64,000 nucleotides of DNA from Candidatus Delongbacteria bacterium. GTDB lineage: Bacteria > UBA4055. Shown here piece by piece: positions 8,015 to 16,986 of the stretch; within the stretch, counting starts at the first letter, position 1, and every line of letters begins with the position of its first letter. The position numbers and the translations under genes were made by a program. The DNA is taken from contig JAFGVM010000016.1 of the NCBI GenBank assembly GCA_016937995.1, positions 18,570 to 82,569 on the forward strand. Reading direction: 5' to 3'. A model generated the notes under the pieces. The model did no database searches. It saw only the letters and a list, made by a program, of their open reading frames with translations, and had not been told where the DNA came from.

Positions 8015-11000
8015 ATGTACGACAAAATATATACTGAAAGAATTAAGCAGTTCATGAACAGACTGGCTAAATTAAAATACAATGATCCAGTTCCTTTGAA
8101 CGCTGAATATATACATCATAAAGATACTCCTATTCCCTATGAAAAAGCTCTGAAAGCTAAATATAAATCTATTAAAGTTGGAGCAAAATGGGGTGACCTG
8201 TGGGGTTGTGCATGGTTCAAGTTTACTGGAAAGGTCCCTGATGAATTTATCGGAAAAGAAGTCGCTGTCCTTATCAATCTTGACGGTGAAGGTTGTGTAT
8301 TCAAAAATGGTGAACCTGAGCAGGCATTGACCAATAGAAATGCCTGGTATATAAACTCAGGAAAATACTTCTACCCTATCACGGATAAAGCAAAAAAAGG
8401 TCAAAAAGTTGAGCTAATGGTCGAAGCAGGAGCTAACGGACTTTTCGGTTCTCAGGATGACAATATCTTTAAATTGAAGCAGGCGGAAATAGTAACTGTT
8501 GACAGGAAGGTCTATCAACTTGAAATAGATATGATAGTCCTATTCGAACTGATGAAAAAACTACCCGATAACACTCCAAGAAAGAAGAAGCTTCTAAAGG
8601 GTTTGAATGATATAATGAATATCTGGAACAATGGTGAAGGGATCGATGAAGCACTTAATATTACTAAGAAACTTCTGTCAAAGAAAGCAAATCAAAGTGC
8701 GATAACTGCTTATTCGATCGGACATGCTCATATCGACCTTGCGTGGTTATGGCCAGTCAGAGAATCCCGCAGAAAAGCCGGAAGAACTTTCTCGACTGCA
8801 TTGAAGCTCATGAATGAATATCCTGAGTATGTTTTCGGTTCATCTCAACCTCAGATGTATGAATGGGTGAAAGATGATTATCCTAAGCTGTATAGTAAGA
8901 TCAGGAAAGCTGTGAAAGATAACAGATGGGAAGTTCAGGGAGCAATGTGGGCTGAACCTGATATGAATATTCCATCGGGTGAATCTCTGGTAAGACAATG
9001 TTTATACGGAAAAAAATTCTTTAAGGAAGAATTCGGTATCGATGTAAGGAATCTCTGGCTACCTGATGTTTTCGGATATTCAGCAGCTTTACCTCAGATA
9101 CTACGAAAAAGTGGCGTAGATGTTTTCATGACCCAGAAGATATCCTGGAACGAAACAAATAAATTCCCTCATCATACTTTCTACTGGGAAGGTATCGACG
9201 GGACTGATATACTGACTCATTTTCTACCTACTAATAACTACAATTTATCGAATTATCCGAAAGAGATGATTGAAAGTGAAGAAAGATATGCACAGTCTGA
9301 TGTTTCTGATGAATTTTTGAACCTGTACGGTATCGGAGACGGTGGTGGCGGTCCTTCAAGAATCCATATCGAAATGGGAAAAAGACAGCAGAACCTTGAA
9401 GGAGTACCAAAGTTCAAATTCTCTTTTGCTGAAGATTTCTTTAAAAAAATATCTAAGATACCTAAGAAGGATCTTCCTGAATGGACTGGAGAATTATATC
9501 TTGAGCTTCATAGGGGAACTTACACAACTCAGGGTAAGATGAAGAAATACAATAGAGATATGGAAATAGCTCTGCATGACCTTGAATTCCTTGGTACAAT
9601 GATCAAGAAATATCCTAAAGAAACGATCGATCAGATATGGAAAGATACTCTTCTTAATCAATTCCATGATATTCTACCGGGTTCATCGATAGAATGGGTT
9701 TACAAGGATGCTCATGAATTATCTGAGAAGAACTTCGGTCTTATTGAGCAGGTTTTTGAAAGCTTCTTCAGTGAACTCTTCGATATCAGGTATGATGATA
9801 ATTTGATCGGAAACTACATTGCTTTTAATGCTCTCAGCTGGGATAAAGAAGAACTGATTAAGTACCCTCTTGACGGAGAAGGAAATTATACTATTACAGA
9901 TTGCTACGGTAAAAATATTTCATGGATAATAAATCATGGTCATATTGAGTTCTTTGTAAAGATACCTTCAATGGGTTATACGACTTTTACAATTTCCAAA
10001 GCTGATAAAGTTATAAAACAGAACCATACCGGAAAAGCAGGATTAACTATCACTGAAACTGGTGTGGAACTTGAAAATAAATTTATTAAAGTAACAATTG
10101 ATGAATCAGGGATCATAACTTCTATCTACGACAAAGAAAAAGACTTCGAGATGGTTAAATTTGCCAACAAACTTCTTCTCTGGGAAGATCTTCCAATTAA
10201 CTGGGAAGCTTGGGATGTTAACCATTATTACAAAGAAACAAAGCCGGAACAGGCCCAGAGAAGCAGTATAAGTATAATTGGTGACAGTGGTCATCAGGTA
10301 GGGATAGAACAAGTTCTTACGATAGGTAATTCTACAATAATTCAAAGCATTACAATTGAATCAGGATCTAAAGAAATTTGGATAGACAATCAGGTAGACT
10401 GGAATGAAGAGAAAAAATTCCTTAAGGTCCATGCTGACACGAATATTCATTCTGATTTTGCGAACTATGAGATACAGTTCGGTAAGCTTAAAAGACCTAC
10501 TCATTTTAATACTTCATGGGATGCTGCAAGATTCGAAGTTCCCGCTCAGAGGTATGCTGACCTTTCTCAACCTGATATGGGTATTGCAATACTGAACGAT
10601 TGTAAGTACGGGCATATCATCAATGGAACAAATATTGAACTTTCTCTGCTGAGAAGTACAAAGATGCCTGATGAAAAAGCAGATATTGGAGTTCACAGTT
10701 TCACTTACTCATATTATCCGCATAATAAAGACTTAGAGCACTCAGATGTACTTCAAAAAGCTCATGAGTTGAACGATCCAAATATCGTTATTCCTATTAA
10801 GAAACTTCCGAAAGTTAAAGAAAGGTCAATGTTCAAAATTGACTCTCAGAGTGTAAAGATCGATTCTGTGAAAAGAAGTGAGGACGGAAAAGGTATTATT
10901 TTAAGACTCTATGAGACTATGGGTATGAATGATAACATACTTTTAGTGTTTGATAAGAACTATGATGTCACTGAAACAAATTTGATCGAAGAAAAGATAA

Positions 11001-11077
11001 TAGATCTTAAGAAGAAAACTGGTTCTATTGAATTAAAGTTTACACCGTTTGAAATTAAAACGCTGTATTTGGGATAA
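8015..11077 (+). CDS. Alpha-mannosidase, glycoside hydrolase family 38 (cytoplasmic, no signal peptide)
   Basis: 1020 aa. GH38 N-terminal motif HIDLAWLWPVRESRRKAGRTFSTAL. Domain order matches bacterial GH38 (MngB-like). Confidence 0.85.
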   Translation: MYDKIYTERIKQFMNRLAKLKYNDPVPLNAEYIHHKDTPIPYEKALKAKYKSIKVGAKWGDLWGCAWFKFTGKVPDEFIGKEVAVLINLDGEGCVFKNGEPEQALTNRNAWYINSGKYFYPITDKAKKGQKVELMVEAGANGLFGSQDDNIFKLKQAEIVTVDRKVYQLEIDMIVLFELMKKLPDNTPRKKKLLKGLNDIMNIWNNGEGIDEALNITKKLLSKKANQSAITAYSIGHAHIDLAWLWPVRESRRKAGRTFSTALKLMNEYPEYVFGSSQPQMYEWVKDDYPKLYSKIRKAVKDNRWEVQGAMWAEPDMNIPSGESLVRQCLYGKKFFKEEFGIDVRNLWLPDVFGYSAALPQILRKSGVDVFMTQKISWNETNKFPHHTFYWEGIDGTDILTHFLPTNNYNLSNYPKEMIESEERYAQSDVSDEFLNLYGIGDGGGGPSRIHIEMGKRQQNLEGVPKFKFSFAEDFFKKISKIPKKDLPEWTGELYLELHRGTYTTQGKMKKYNRDMEIALHDLEFLGTMIKKYPKETIDQIWKDTLLNQFHDILPGSSIEWVYKDAHELSEKNFGLIEQVFESFFSELFDIRYDDNLIGNYIAFNALSWDKEELIKYPLDGEGNYTITDCYGKNISWIINHGHIEFFVKIPSMGYTTFTISKADKVIKQNHTGKAGLTITETGVELENKFIKVTIDESGIITSIYDKEKDFEMVKFANKLLLWEDLPINWEAWDVNHYYKETKPEQAQRSSISIIGDSGHQVGIEQVLTIGNSTIIQSITIESGSKEIWIDNQVDWNEEKKFLKVHADTNIHSDFANYEIQFGKLKRPTHFNTSWDAARFEVPAQRYADLSQPDMGIAILNDCKYGHIINGTNIELSLLRSTKMPDEKADIGVHSFTYSYYPHNKDLEHSDVLQKAHELNDPNIVIPIKKLPKVKERSMFKIDSQSVKIDSVKRSEDGKGIILRLYETMGMNDNILLVFDKNYDVTETNLIEEKIIDLKKKTGSIELKFTPFEIKTLYLG

Positions 11078-11116
11078 ATATGTCACACTGAGCGGAGTCG
11101 AAGTGCGACTTTCAAA

Positions 11117-11151
11117 GTCATTGCGAGGATTTAATTAAATCCGTGGCAATC
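11117..11151 (+). repeat. GTCATTGCGAGGATTT-AATTAA-ATCCGTGGCAATC palindromic element
   Basis: Homolog of the 3234-3270 element in inverted orientation. Confidence 0.6.
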
Positions 11152-11165
11152 TTGTTTTTAAAAGA

Positions 11166-11188
11166 GGGGACGATAAGAAATCGTCCCC
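11166..11188. terminator. Hairpin GGGGACGATAAGAAATCGTCCCC (REP-like)
   Basis: 8-bp perfect stem. The same stem with a different loop occurs at 16960-16982. Confidence 0.55.
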
Positions 11189-11199
11189 TACAGTTTATT

Positions 11200-11251
11200 C
11201 CGGATGAACACATAGGTTCATCCCTACTTGGATATTGGATATTCCGTGTTG
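11200..11251. repeat. About 52-bp intergenic repeat, copy 1 (contains GATGAAC..GTTCATC hairpin)
   Basis: About 80 % identical to 20748-20800. Confidence 0.55.
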
Positions 11252-11289
11252 TGCCTGTTCCGATTTATCGGAAGATATTCATTTATTAA

Positions 11290-12030
11290 TTAATCTTTAA
11301 CGCATCTTACAGACACTCCCATTTCTTTATAAGGGAGTGTATATGTGTCACAGTTTATACTGTCGCAGTGTAAACTGTAATTGACAGGCCAATATTGCCC
11401 TCCGATATTCCAATAGGAACTTGTCCTGAAAACACCCTGATTATATAAATTAATATAGTATATACCTAATTTCATTCCACCTGGAAGGCCGGTGAAACCG
11501 CTTTCATTATCTGCATCGCTATTTGATATCCAGTGAGCATTTCCTGATTCCTTTAATTTACTTCCTGCTATTTCTTCACCACCAAGCCAGTTTATCAAAA
11601 TATCCCATTCCTCTTCAGTCGGAACATGCCATCCTTCGGGAGCGATATTCCGATTATCTTTTACTGCATACCAATTATAAAGCAATCCGTAAACTTCAGC
11701 TAAATTTGGATCATTATTATAATAACAATACGCACCATCTGTTGTATTGCTCCATTCGGTATTATCTGTCAGATTAGGAACAGGATCACCGTTCCGGTAA
11801 TGTGTTACTTTCAGATTTTCAGCCATCCATATCTGAGATCCTATCCCGATCGTAGCATAAACATTACCGTCAATATCCGTTACTGAACCGACTTCACCTG
11901 TATGATCGACAAAAGGATCAGGTTCAACTGTGATATCCTCATTTGTGCAATTTACAAGAAGAAGGATTATTATTGAAACAATGGTTATGTTAATAATATT
12001 CTTCATATTTTGTTCCTGTTTTAATACCAT
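11290..12030 (-). CDS. FISUMP-domain lipoprotein (paralog of 5898..6665)
   Basis: Motifs GLLYNWYAVKDNRNIAPEGWHVPTEEEW and GFTGLPGG. Lipoprotein-like signal with LVNC. Confidence 0.75.
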   Translation of the reverse strand: MVLKQEQNMKNIINITIVSIIILLLVNCTNEDITVEPDPFVDHTGEVGSVTDIDGNVYATIGIGSQIWMAENLKVTHYRNGDPVPNLTDNTEWSNTTDGAYCYYNNDPNLAEVYGLLYNWYAVKDNRNIAPEGWHVPTEEEWDILINWLGGEEIAGSKLKESGNAHWISNSDADNESGFTGLPGGMKLGIYYINLYNQGVFRTSSYWNIGGQYWPVNYSLHCDSINCDTYTLPYKEMGVSVRCVKD

Positions 12031-13127
12031 ACCGCACCTATACCGATACTGATCAGTAAAGGGGTATCATCTGTTTCAGGAAGAAAAAATCCATTAATTG
12101 AGAAATGTGCTTCCTGAGCAAGATGATCCGACAGATCACCGAAATCACCCCAGTCTAAGGTCCATTGAATACCCATTGGATTAAAAGTACTAGTTAAATC
12201 ACCTTCATAATACTCTTCTTCGATCTCCATACGGCTTCTAGATAATGTAAAATTTGGCTTCCAGTATAATCCAAGCATAATACCTTTCCATTCAGATTCT
12301 GATAAGAATTTTCCAATACCAAAAGTATAGCCAATATTGGGTGATAATTCTATTGTTATTTGAGTAATATTTGCTTCAGTATTATAAGTTGTCATTGTGC
12401 CATAATCAAACCATGGCATTTCAATGCTACCATAAGTTTGGTTTCCTGTAAATGAAAATTTAATTGAGAAAGCATTCCAGGAATTCTTATTTCCTTCATA
12501 ACTTGGAGGAGATAGAAATTTTAAAGCACCAGACATAGATATACCAAAACCATTCATTTTGAATTGTGTATCTGAATCGCTGCTAATTCCCATATTGTCC
12601 ATTTGCATACTGGCATAAGTATAATTAACAGACAAACTTTTTTGCAATAGCATTCCCCCATCTTCAAGCCAGCATCTTCTCTTTGCATCTGATTCTAAGG
12701 TCTGATAATAGTCAACACTGACTTCTCCTGTTTTTTTATCAAGATCAATAGTTGGTTTATTTCCAGTGTTTTCCTGCTGGATCTCTTTAATGTATTCCTC
12801 TTCTTTAGGGCTTATTACTTCTTCCTTATATTTAAAACCATCCATCATTGATTTACTTTCTTTCTTCATTATTTCAGGTTTTTCTTCAAACTTCTGAGCT
12901 GGATCTTTGGAAAATACTATTTCTTTAATTGAATCCCAGGTAATAATTCTCTTGTTATTTTCTTCATCTATAACTTCAGCGAATTTACCGATCTCATACT
13001 TTTCAACGGAACATTTTAGTATCTCTCCGTTCTTATAGAATATTGTAGCTTTTTCAAGAGAAAAAGCCGTAAAAACGAATAAAAATATTGATGCCAACAA
13101 ACAACTTCTAAATTGCAGGATCTTCAT
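12021..13127 (-). CDS. Putative outer-membrane beta-barrel protein (hypothetical)
   Basis: Signal peptide present. The C-terminus ends in an aromatic residue (..AVWY), and alternating hydrophobic beta-strand patterns are visible. It overlaps the downstream FISUMP gene by 10 bp, which suggests one operon. Confidence 0.45.
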   Translation of the reverse strand: MKILQFRSCLLASIFLFVFTAFSLEKATIFYKNGEILKCSVEKYEIGKFAEVIDEENNKRIITWDSIKEIVFSKDPAQKFEEKPEIMKKESKSMMDGFKYKEEVISPKEEEYIKEIQQENTGNKPTIDLDKKTGEVSVDYYQTLESDAKRRCWLEDGGMLLQKSLSVNYTYASMQMDNMGISSDSDTQFKMNGFGISMSGALKFLSPPSYEGNKNSWNAFSIKFSFTGNQTYGSIEMPWFDYGTMTTYNTEANITQITIELSPNIGYTFGIGKFLSESEWKGIMLGLYWKPNFTLSRSRMEIEEEYYEGDLTSTFNPMGIQWTLDWGDFGDLSDHLAQEAHFSINGFFLPETDDTPLLISIGIGAVWY

Positions 13128-13318
13128 ACTTTTCCTCTCATTATATATTTTATATTCTGTAAAAGTAATCTATCCTAAATTAATGAATTGTCAAGCGGAA
13201 TTATCGAATTGTATAACTGATCTGCGATATTAAGTTTAATACAACGTATAAAATTAATTTGACATATTACTCGTCTACTATCATCTTCCTGTAAAATAAT
13301 ATTGAGAGAGCGCATCCT

Positions 13319-13852
13319 ATGAAAATAATCAAAAAAGAAAAAGTTTACTCAGGAAAATATTCAGATATGAATATTACTTACTTTGAAGATAAATTCGGGA
13401 ATAAGAAAGCCTGGGAGTTCCTTGAGAGGACCAATGATACCGAAGCAGTCGTTATCAATGCATACCACAAAGATAAAGTAATACTTGTAAAACAGTACAA
13501 GTTTCCTATAAAAAAATATTCTATTGAATTTCCTGCCGGATTGATAGACAAAGGTGAAACTCCAGAAAGTACCGCTGTCAGAGAATTACTGGAAGAAACC
13601 GGATATAAAGGTAAAGTAACACAGATATCCCCTCCTCTATGTACATCCGCTGGTATAACAAGTGAAATCATTTATATGGTCGATATGGAAATAACCTCTG
13701 AGCAAGGAAAACAGATACTGGATGAAACTGAGGAAATTGAAGTCCTTGAATTTGATAAAGTTAATTTAAAGCAACAATTGCTTGATTATATAGAAGAACA
13801 TCCTGATTGTTCAATAGATGCAAGGGTGTGGGCTGCTTATTTTGAAGGATAA
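13319..13852 (+). CDS. NUDIX hydrolase (ADP-ribose pyrophosphatase-like)
   Basis: Nudix box GLIDKGETPESTAVRELLEETG. Confidence 0.8.
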   Translation: MKIIKKEKVYSGKYSDMNITYFEDKFGNKKAWEFLERTNDTEAVVINAYHKDKVILVKQYKFPIKKYSIEFPAGLIDKGETPESTAVRELLEETGYKGKVTQISPPLCTSAGITSEIIYMVDMEITSEQGKQILDETEEIEVLEFDKVNLKQQLLDYIEEHPDCSIDARVWAAYFEG

Positions 13853-13931
13853 AATAAACATAATGCCGTAGGCATGAACCTATTCTAACACGGTACTTCA
13901 GTGCCGTGCATCCCACCCCCTAATTAACTCT

Positions 13932-13954
13932 AAAGTCCCTTAGGGACGACCTAC
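13932..13954 (+). repeat. REP-like hairpin AAAGTCCCTTAGGGACGACCTAC (left flank of Y1 transposase)
   Basis: Palindromic GTCCC-TTA-GGGAC core. Its reverse-complement closely matches 14416-14438. Confidence 0.65.
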
Positions 13955-13958
13955 AACA

Positions 13959-14462
13959 TTATATATTTTCTTCCTTATACTTTATTTCGTATTTCTCAGG
14001 AAATTCTATATATTCTTCCTTAAATGTTATTTTTTTGTTATGCGACTTCTGATTCTTAATATATTCTTTTACTCTAATAACTTGAGATTGAGAACAAGAA
14101 AATGCACCATATCCGTACTGCCAACTAAATTTTGTTTTATACCAACCTTTATCGTTAATAAATTTTGAAGATACTGCTTTTATTTCTTGCATGAACTTAG
14201 AGATCGAATAAGTAGAATGTAATGCCACCAATAAATGAACATGATCTGAAACATTATTAATTGATAAAGTATTACATTTCCTTTCTTTAGCTAAACCGGA
14301 TATATATTTATGTAATTCTTCATCATACTTTTCATTGAGGATTTTATCTCTGTTCTTTGTTGAAAATATACAATGGAGATAATTTTGTGTGTATGAGTTA
14401 GACATGATCTCTCTTTTAGGTCGTCCCGAGGGGACTTTGGTGTTTAATTTTTTTCTTCTCAC
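13959..14462 (-). CDS. IS200/IS605-family Y1 (HUH) transposase, REP-associated tyrosine transposase (RAYT)-like
   Basis: 167 aa. HuH motif HVHLLV and a catalytic tyrosine region WQYGYGAFS. Size and context (flanking palindromes) match RAYTs. Confidence 0.75.
   Translation of the reverse strand: MRRKKLNTKVPSGRPKREIMSNSYTQNYLHCIFSTKNRDKILNEKYDEELHKYISGLAKERKCNTLSINNVSDHVHLLVALHSTYSISKFMQEIKAVSSKFINDKGWYKTKFSWQYGYGAFSCSQSQVIRVKEYIKNQKSHNKKITFKEEYIEFPEKYEIKYKEENI
14416..14438 (-). repeat. REP-like hairpin TTAGGTCGTCCCGAGGGGACTTT (right flank, inverted copy)
   Basis: The reverse-complement AAAGTCCCCTCGGGACGACCTA nearly equals the 13932 element. Confidence 0.65.
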
Positions 14463-14504
14463 GGGGTTGAAACCACGTGTTATATTAGCTCGTCCTTACA
14501 GGAC
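14460..14504. repeat. Additional hairpins CACGGGGTTGAAACCACGTG and GTCCTTACAGGAC
   Basis: GGTTGAAACC palindromic core; GTCCT-TAC-AGGAC stem-loop related to the REP stem. Confidence 0.5.
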
Positions 14505-14622
14505 TTTTTTCTTATATTTCTCTTTTTCCTACTTTTGCTCGCTACGGAATGGAAAACGGAATGTAACTATGAGAGACGGACAACGAGGTTCGTTTATATT
14601 TGCCATACCCTTTTGTGAACAT

Positions 14623-14669
14623 GGGGTTTCAACCCCTTGCAAACTTCTTTTTTCTTTTGGCAAAAGAAA
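14623..14669. terminator. GGGGTTTCAACCCC hairpin plus perfect hairpin TTTTCTTTTGGCAAAAGAAAA downstream of the caspase-FGE gene
   Basis: Perfect inverted repeats directly 3-prime of the minus-strand stop at 14726. Confidence 0.6.
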
Positions 14670-14725
14670 AAGAAGCAAAAAAGAAAAGTGTAAAAGCGTA
14701 AAAGTGCAAAGTGTAAGCGCTTACG

Positions 14726-16936
14726 CTAATAAGTCCTTGCAATACGAAACCCGAAGCCGTCGTACGCGTGGTCTGGGGCGTGGTAGTTGCGGTCTGAAAC
14801 TTCGCAGTAGAGGTCGTAGGAGTACCACGACCCGCCCCGGAGAACACGGGTCGAGCCCTCAGTGTACCAGTCCCAGCACCATTCCCACACATTTCCGCTC
14901 ATATCATATATTCCAAGTTCGTTCGGCTGTTTTGTAGCAACAGAATGAGTTTCACTTCCTGAATTACTACTATACCATGCCACATCGCTAACATTGTCAC
15001 TGCCTGAATATGTGTATCCTCTGCTCTGATTTCCGCCTTTTGCCGCATACTCCCATTCTGATTCTTTAGGCAAACGGTAGCCATTTGCTTTGAAATTACA
15101 GGATATGTTATCTCCGCTTCCGCTGTAACACTTCTGCAGACCTTCCATTTCACTCAGTTTGTTGCAGAATTCGACTGCTTCGTACCAGTTCACTTGTTCT
15201 ACAGGTTTATTGTCGCCTTTGAAGTTGCTCGGATTGTTACCCATCACAGCTTCCCATTGCGCCTGTGTTACTTCGGTTTTTCCGATGTAAAAATCGCCGA
15301 CAGTCACGCTGTGAACAGGCTTCTCGTCGCTTTCCGTTCCGCCTTCTACAAATACGAGATCCCCCAGAACTGAAGATCGTACCTTAGGAATAAACAGCAT
15401 TTTATATTTAGAAGCTAGCTTCTCATCTTTCTGGATCTTTGCATAATCTTCCCACTTTTTCTTGAATCCGGCAAGGTATTTCTGTTTCAATTCTTCACTT
15501 AGCGGTGAAGCGTTCATTTCCTCTATATCTTTGATATCTTTTTCAAACTGCGGTTTGAGTTTATCAAGTTCCGCCTGCTTATTTGTCTTGGCTTCTTTAA
15601 TTTTCTGATATACAGGTTCAAGGAGCGGCAGCAGTTTCTGTTTGACTTCGGAGTATTTTACAGAATTGACCTCGTTTCTCAGTCTTTCCAATTTTTCATG
15701 CTTAACGAAAATGTCTTCCGTCCTGTCAAGCTCATCTATTGCCTTATTATACTTGGCTTTCAACTCATTATAGACTCTTTCCTTATCTTTTGCCTCTCTT
15801 GCTTTTCTTTCTTCCGCTTCTTTTGCAGCTTTTATCTCCTCTTCCTGAGCCATTGCAAGTTTCCAGCTTGAAAGGTCTGTGTCGTCAACTTTTATGGTTT
15901 TATCCTGTATGACTTTTGGCTGATATACCGGAAGATTTTCTTTCAGATACTCTTTATTCTCATTGAATTTCTTTATTTTTGCAAGTTCGGCCTCAGAATC
16001 GTACTGGAAGATAGGTTTTGCGCCTTCTTTCTTTTGTTCTGCGACTACCTTTTCGGCATTGTATCTGAAGAGCATGAAAGGTTCATACGAAATTCCGCCT
16101 TCGGTCTGATATACGGGATTCATTGAGGGTAATCCTTGAGTTTTTGTGTAGTCTCCGAGCCTGTTGTCTGCAAATTGAACAAGGTCTTCGATCGTTATTA
16201 TTCCATCTTTGGAGAAATCAATGTCCATGGCTGAATTGGGTGAATCGTTGAGGTAGGTCATGTAGTATGTAAAAGCTCCTCTGCCTTTGTCCTTTCTTTC
16301 GAATGACTGCTGGCCTTCAGAAGCTGCGTAAATTGTTTTCACTATGGTTTTGTCGGATTTCTTTGATTGAGCAACGAGTTCTGTGTCTATAGTTGAATTT
16401 ACTTTTATACCTTTGCCTGTGTTGAGCTTTGAAGCTATTTTTTTATTGGCACCCTTGCCTTCCTTTTTGATAAAGTTCCTGCAGGCATCAACGATCATAA
16501 CCACTTCAGAAGGGCTATTTTCCTTTAATATCTGCTTTATTTCCTCAACTGAAATACTTCCGTATTTTTCGGGATTATCAATATTCCCGTCCGCTCCAAG
16601 CAGATAGTTCTTACCGTCACTTCCGCCGATCCCATGACCTGAAAAGAAGAAAACAACTTCGTCGCCTTTCTGGATTCCTCTTGCGAAAGCGGTGACATTT
16701 GAGAATAGATCCGAGGCTGTGAGCAGTTCTCCGTAGCCTGCGTCTTTTAACGCCCAGATATGATCGTCCTGAAATCCGCCCTGCATTAAAAGGTCTTTCA
16801 TTGCGTCAACATCGCCGTGACAGGCTTCGAGTGAGGCAAATGCCTTGTAGTTCTGTACTCCGACAAGCATTGCTGTCCGTTTCGCGGATAGGCTAATAAT
16901 AAATGCTAATATTAGGATGGAAAATATTTTATTCAT
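14726..16936 (-). CDS. Secreted caspase-like (peptidase C14) protein with central coiled coil and C-terminal FGE-sulfatase (SUMF1) domain
   Basis: Signal peptide MNKIFSILILAFIISLSA. The ATG at 16936 is preferred over the upstream TTG at 16951, and a GAGGA RBS precedes it. Caspase His in FFFSGHGIGG and Cys in MIVDACRNF. About 190 aa E/K-rich coiled coil. FGE motifs RVLRGGSWYS and GFGFR. Confidence 0.8.
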   Translation of the reverse strand: MNKIFSILILAFIISLSAKRTAMLVGVQNYKAFASLEACHGDVDAMKDLLMQGGFQDDHIWALKDAGYGELLTASDLFSNVTAFARGIQKGDEVVFFFSGHGIGGSDGKNYLLGADGNIDNPEKYGSISVEEIKQILKENSPSEVVMIVDACRNFIKKEGKGANKKIASKLNTGKGIKVNSTIDTELVAQSKKSDKTIVKTIYAASEGQQSFERKDKGRGAFTYYMTYLNDSPNSAMDIDFSKDGIITIEDLVQFADNRLGDYTKTQGLPSMNPVYQTEGGISYEPFMLFRYNAEKVVAEQKKEGAKPIFQYDSEAELAKIKKFNENKEYLKENLPVYQPKVIQDKTIKVDDTDLSSWKLAMAQEEEIKAAKEAEERKAREAKDKERVYNELKAKYNKAIDELDRTEDIFVKHEKLERLRNEVNSVKYSEVKQKLLPLLEPVYQKIKEAKTNKQAELDKLKPQFEKDIKDIEEMNASPLSEELKQKYLAGFKKKWEDYAKIQKDEKLASKYKMLFIPKVRSSVLGDLVFVEGGTESDEKPVHSVTVGDFYIGKTEVTQAQWEAVMGNNPSNFKGDNKPVEQVNWYEAVEFCNKLSEMEGLQKCYSGSGDNISCNFKANGYRLPKESEWEYAAKGGNQSRGYTYSGSDNVSDVAWYSSNSGSETHSVATKQPNELGIYDMSGNVWEWCWDWYTEGSTRVLRGGSWYSYDLYCEVSDRNYHAPDHAYDGFGFRIARTY

Positions 16937-16959
16937 ATAAACATTCCTCAATTAGTTTT

Positions 16960-16982
16960 GGGGACGAAAAGAATTCGTCCCC
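16960..16982 (-). terminator. Hairpin GGGGACGAAAAGAATTCGTCCCC
   Basis: Same stem as 11166-11188. It lies in the 50-bp gap 3-prime of the AAA ATPase gene. Confidence 0.6.
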
Positions 16983-16986
16983 TACA

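Noticed and set aside
14389-14937. 182-aa plus ORF and 87-aa minus ORF in a locally GC-rich stretch
   Set aside because: The GC-rich segment is the 3-prime end of the caspase-FGE gene (FGE domain codons). These ORFs are shadow frames. The 14463-14725 portion is repeat or terminator DNA.
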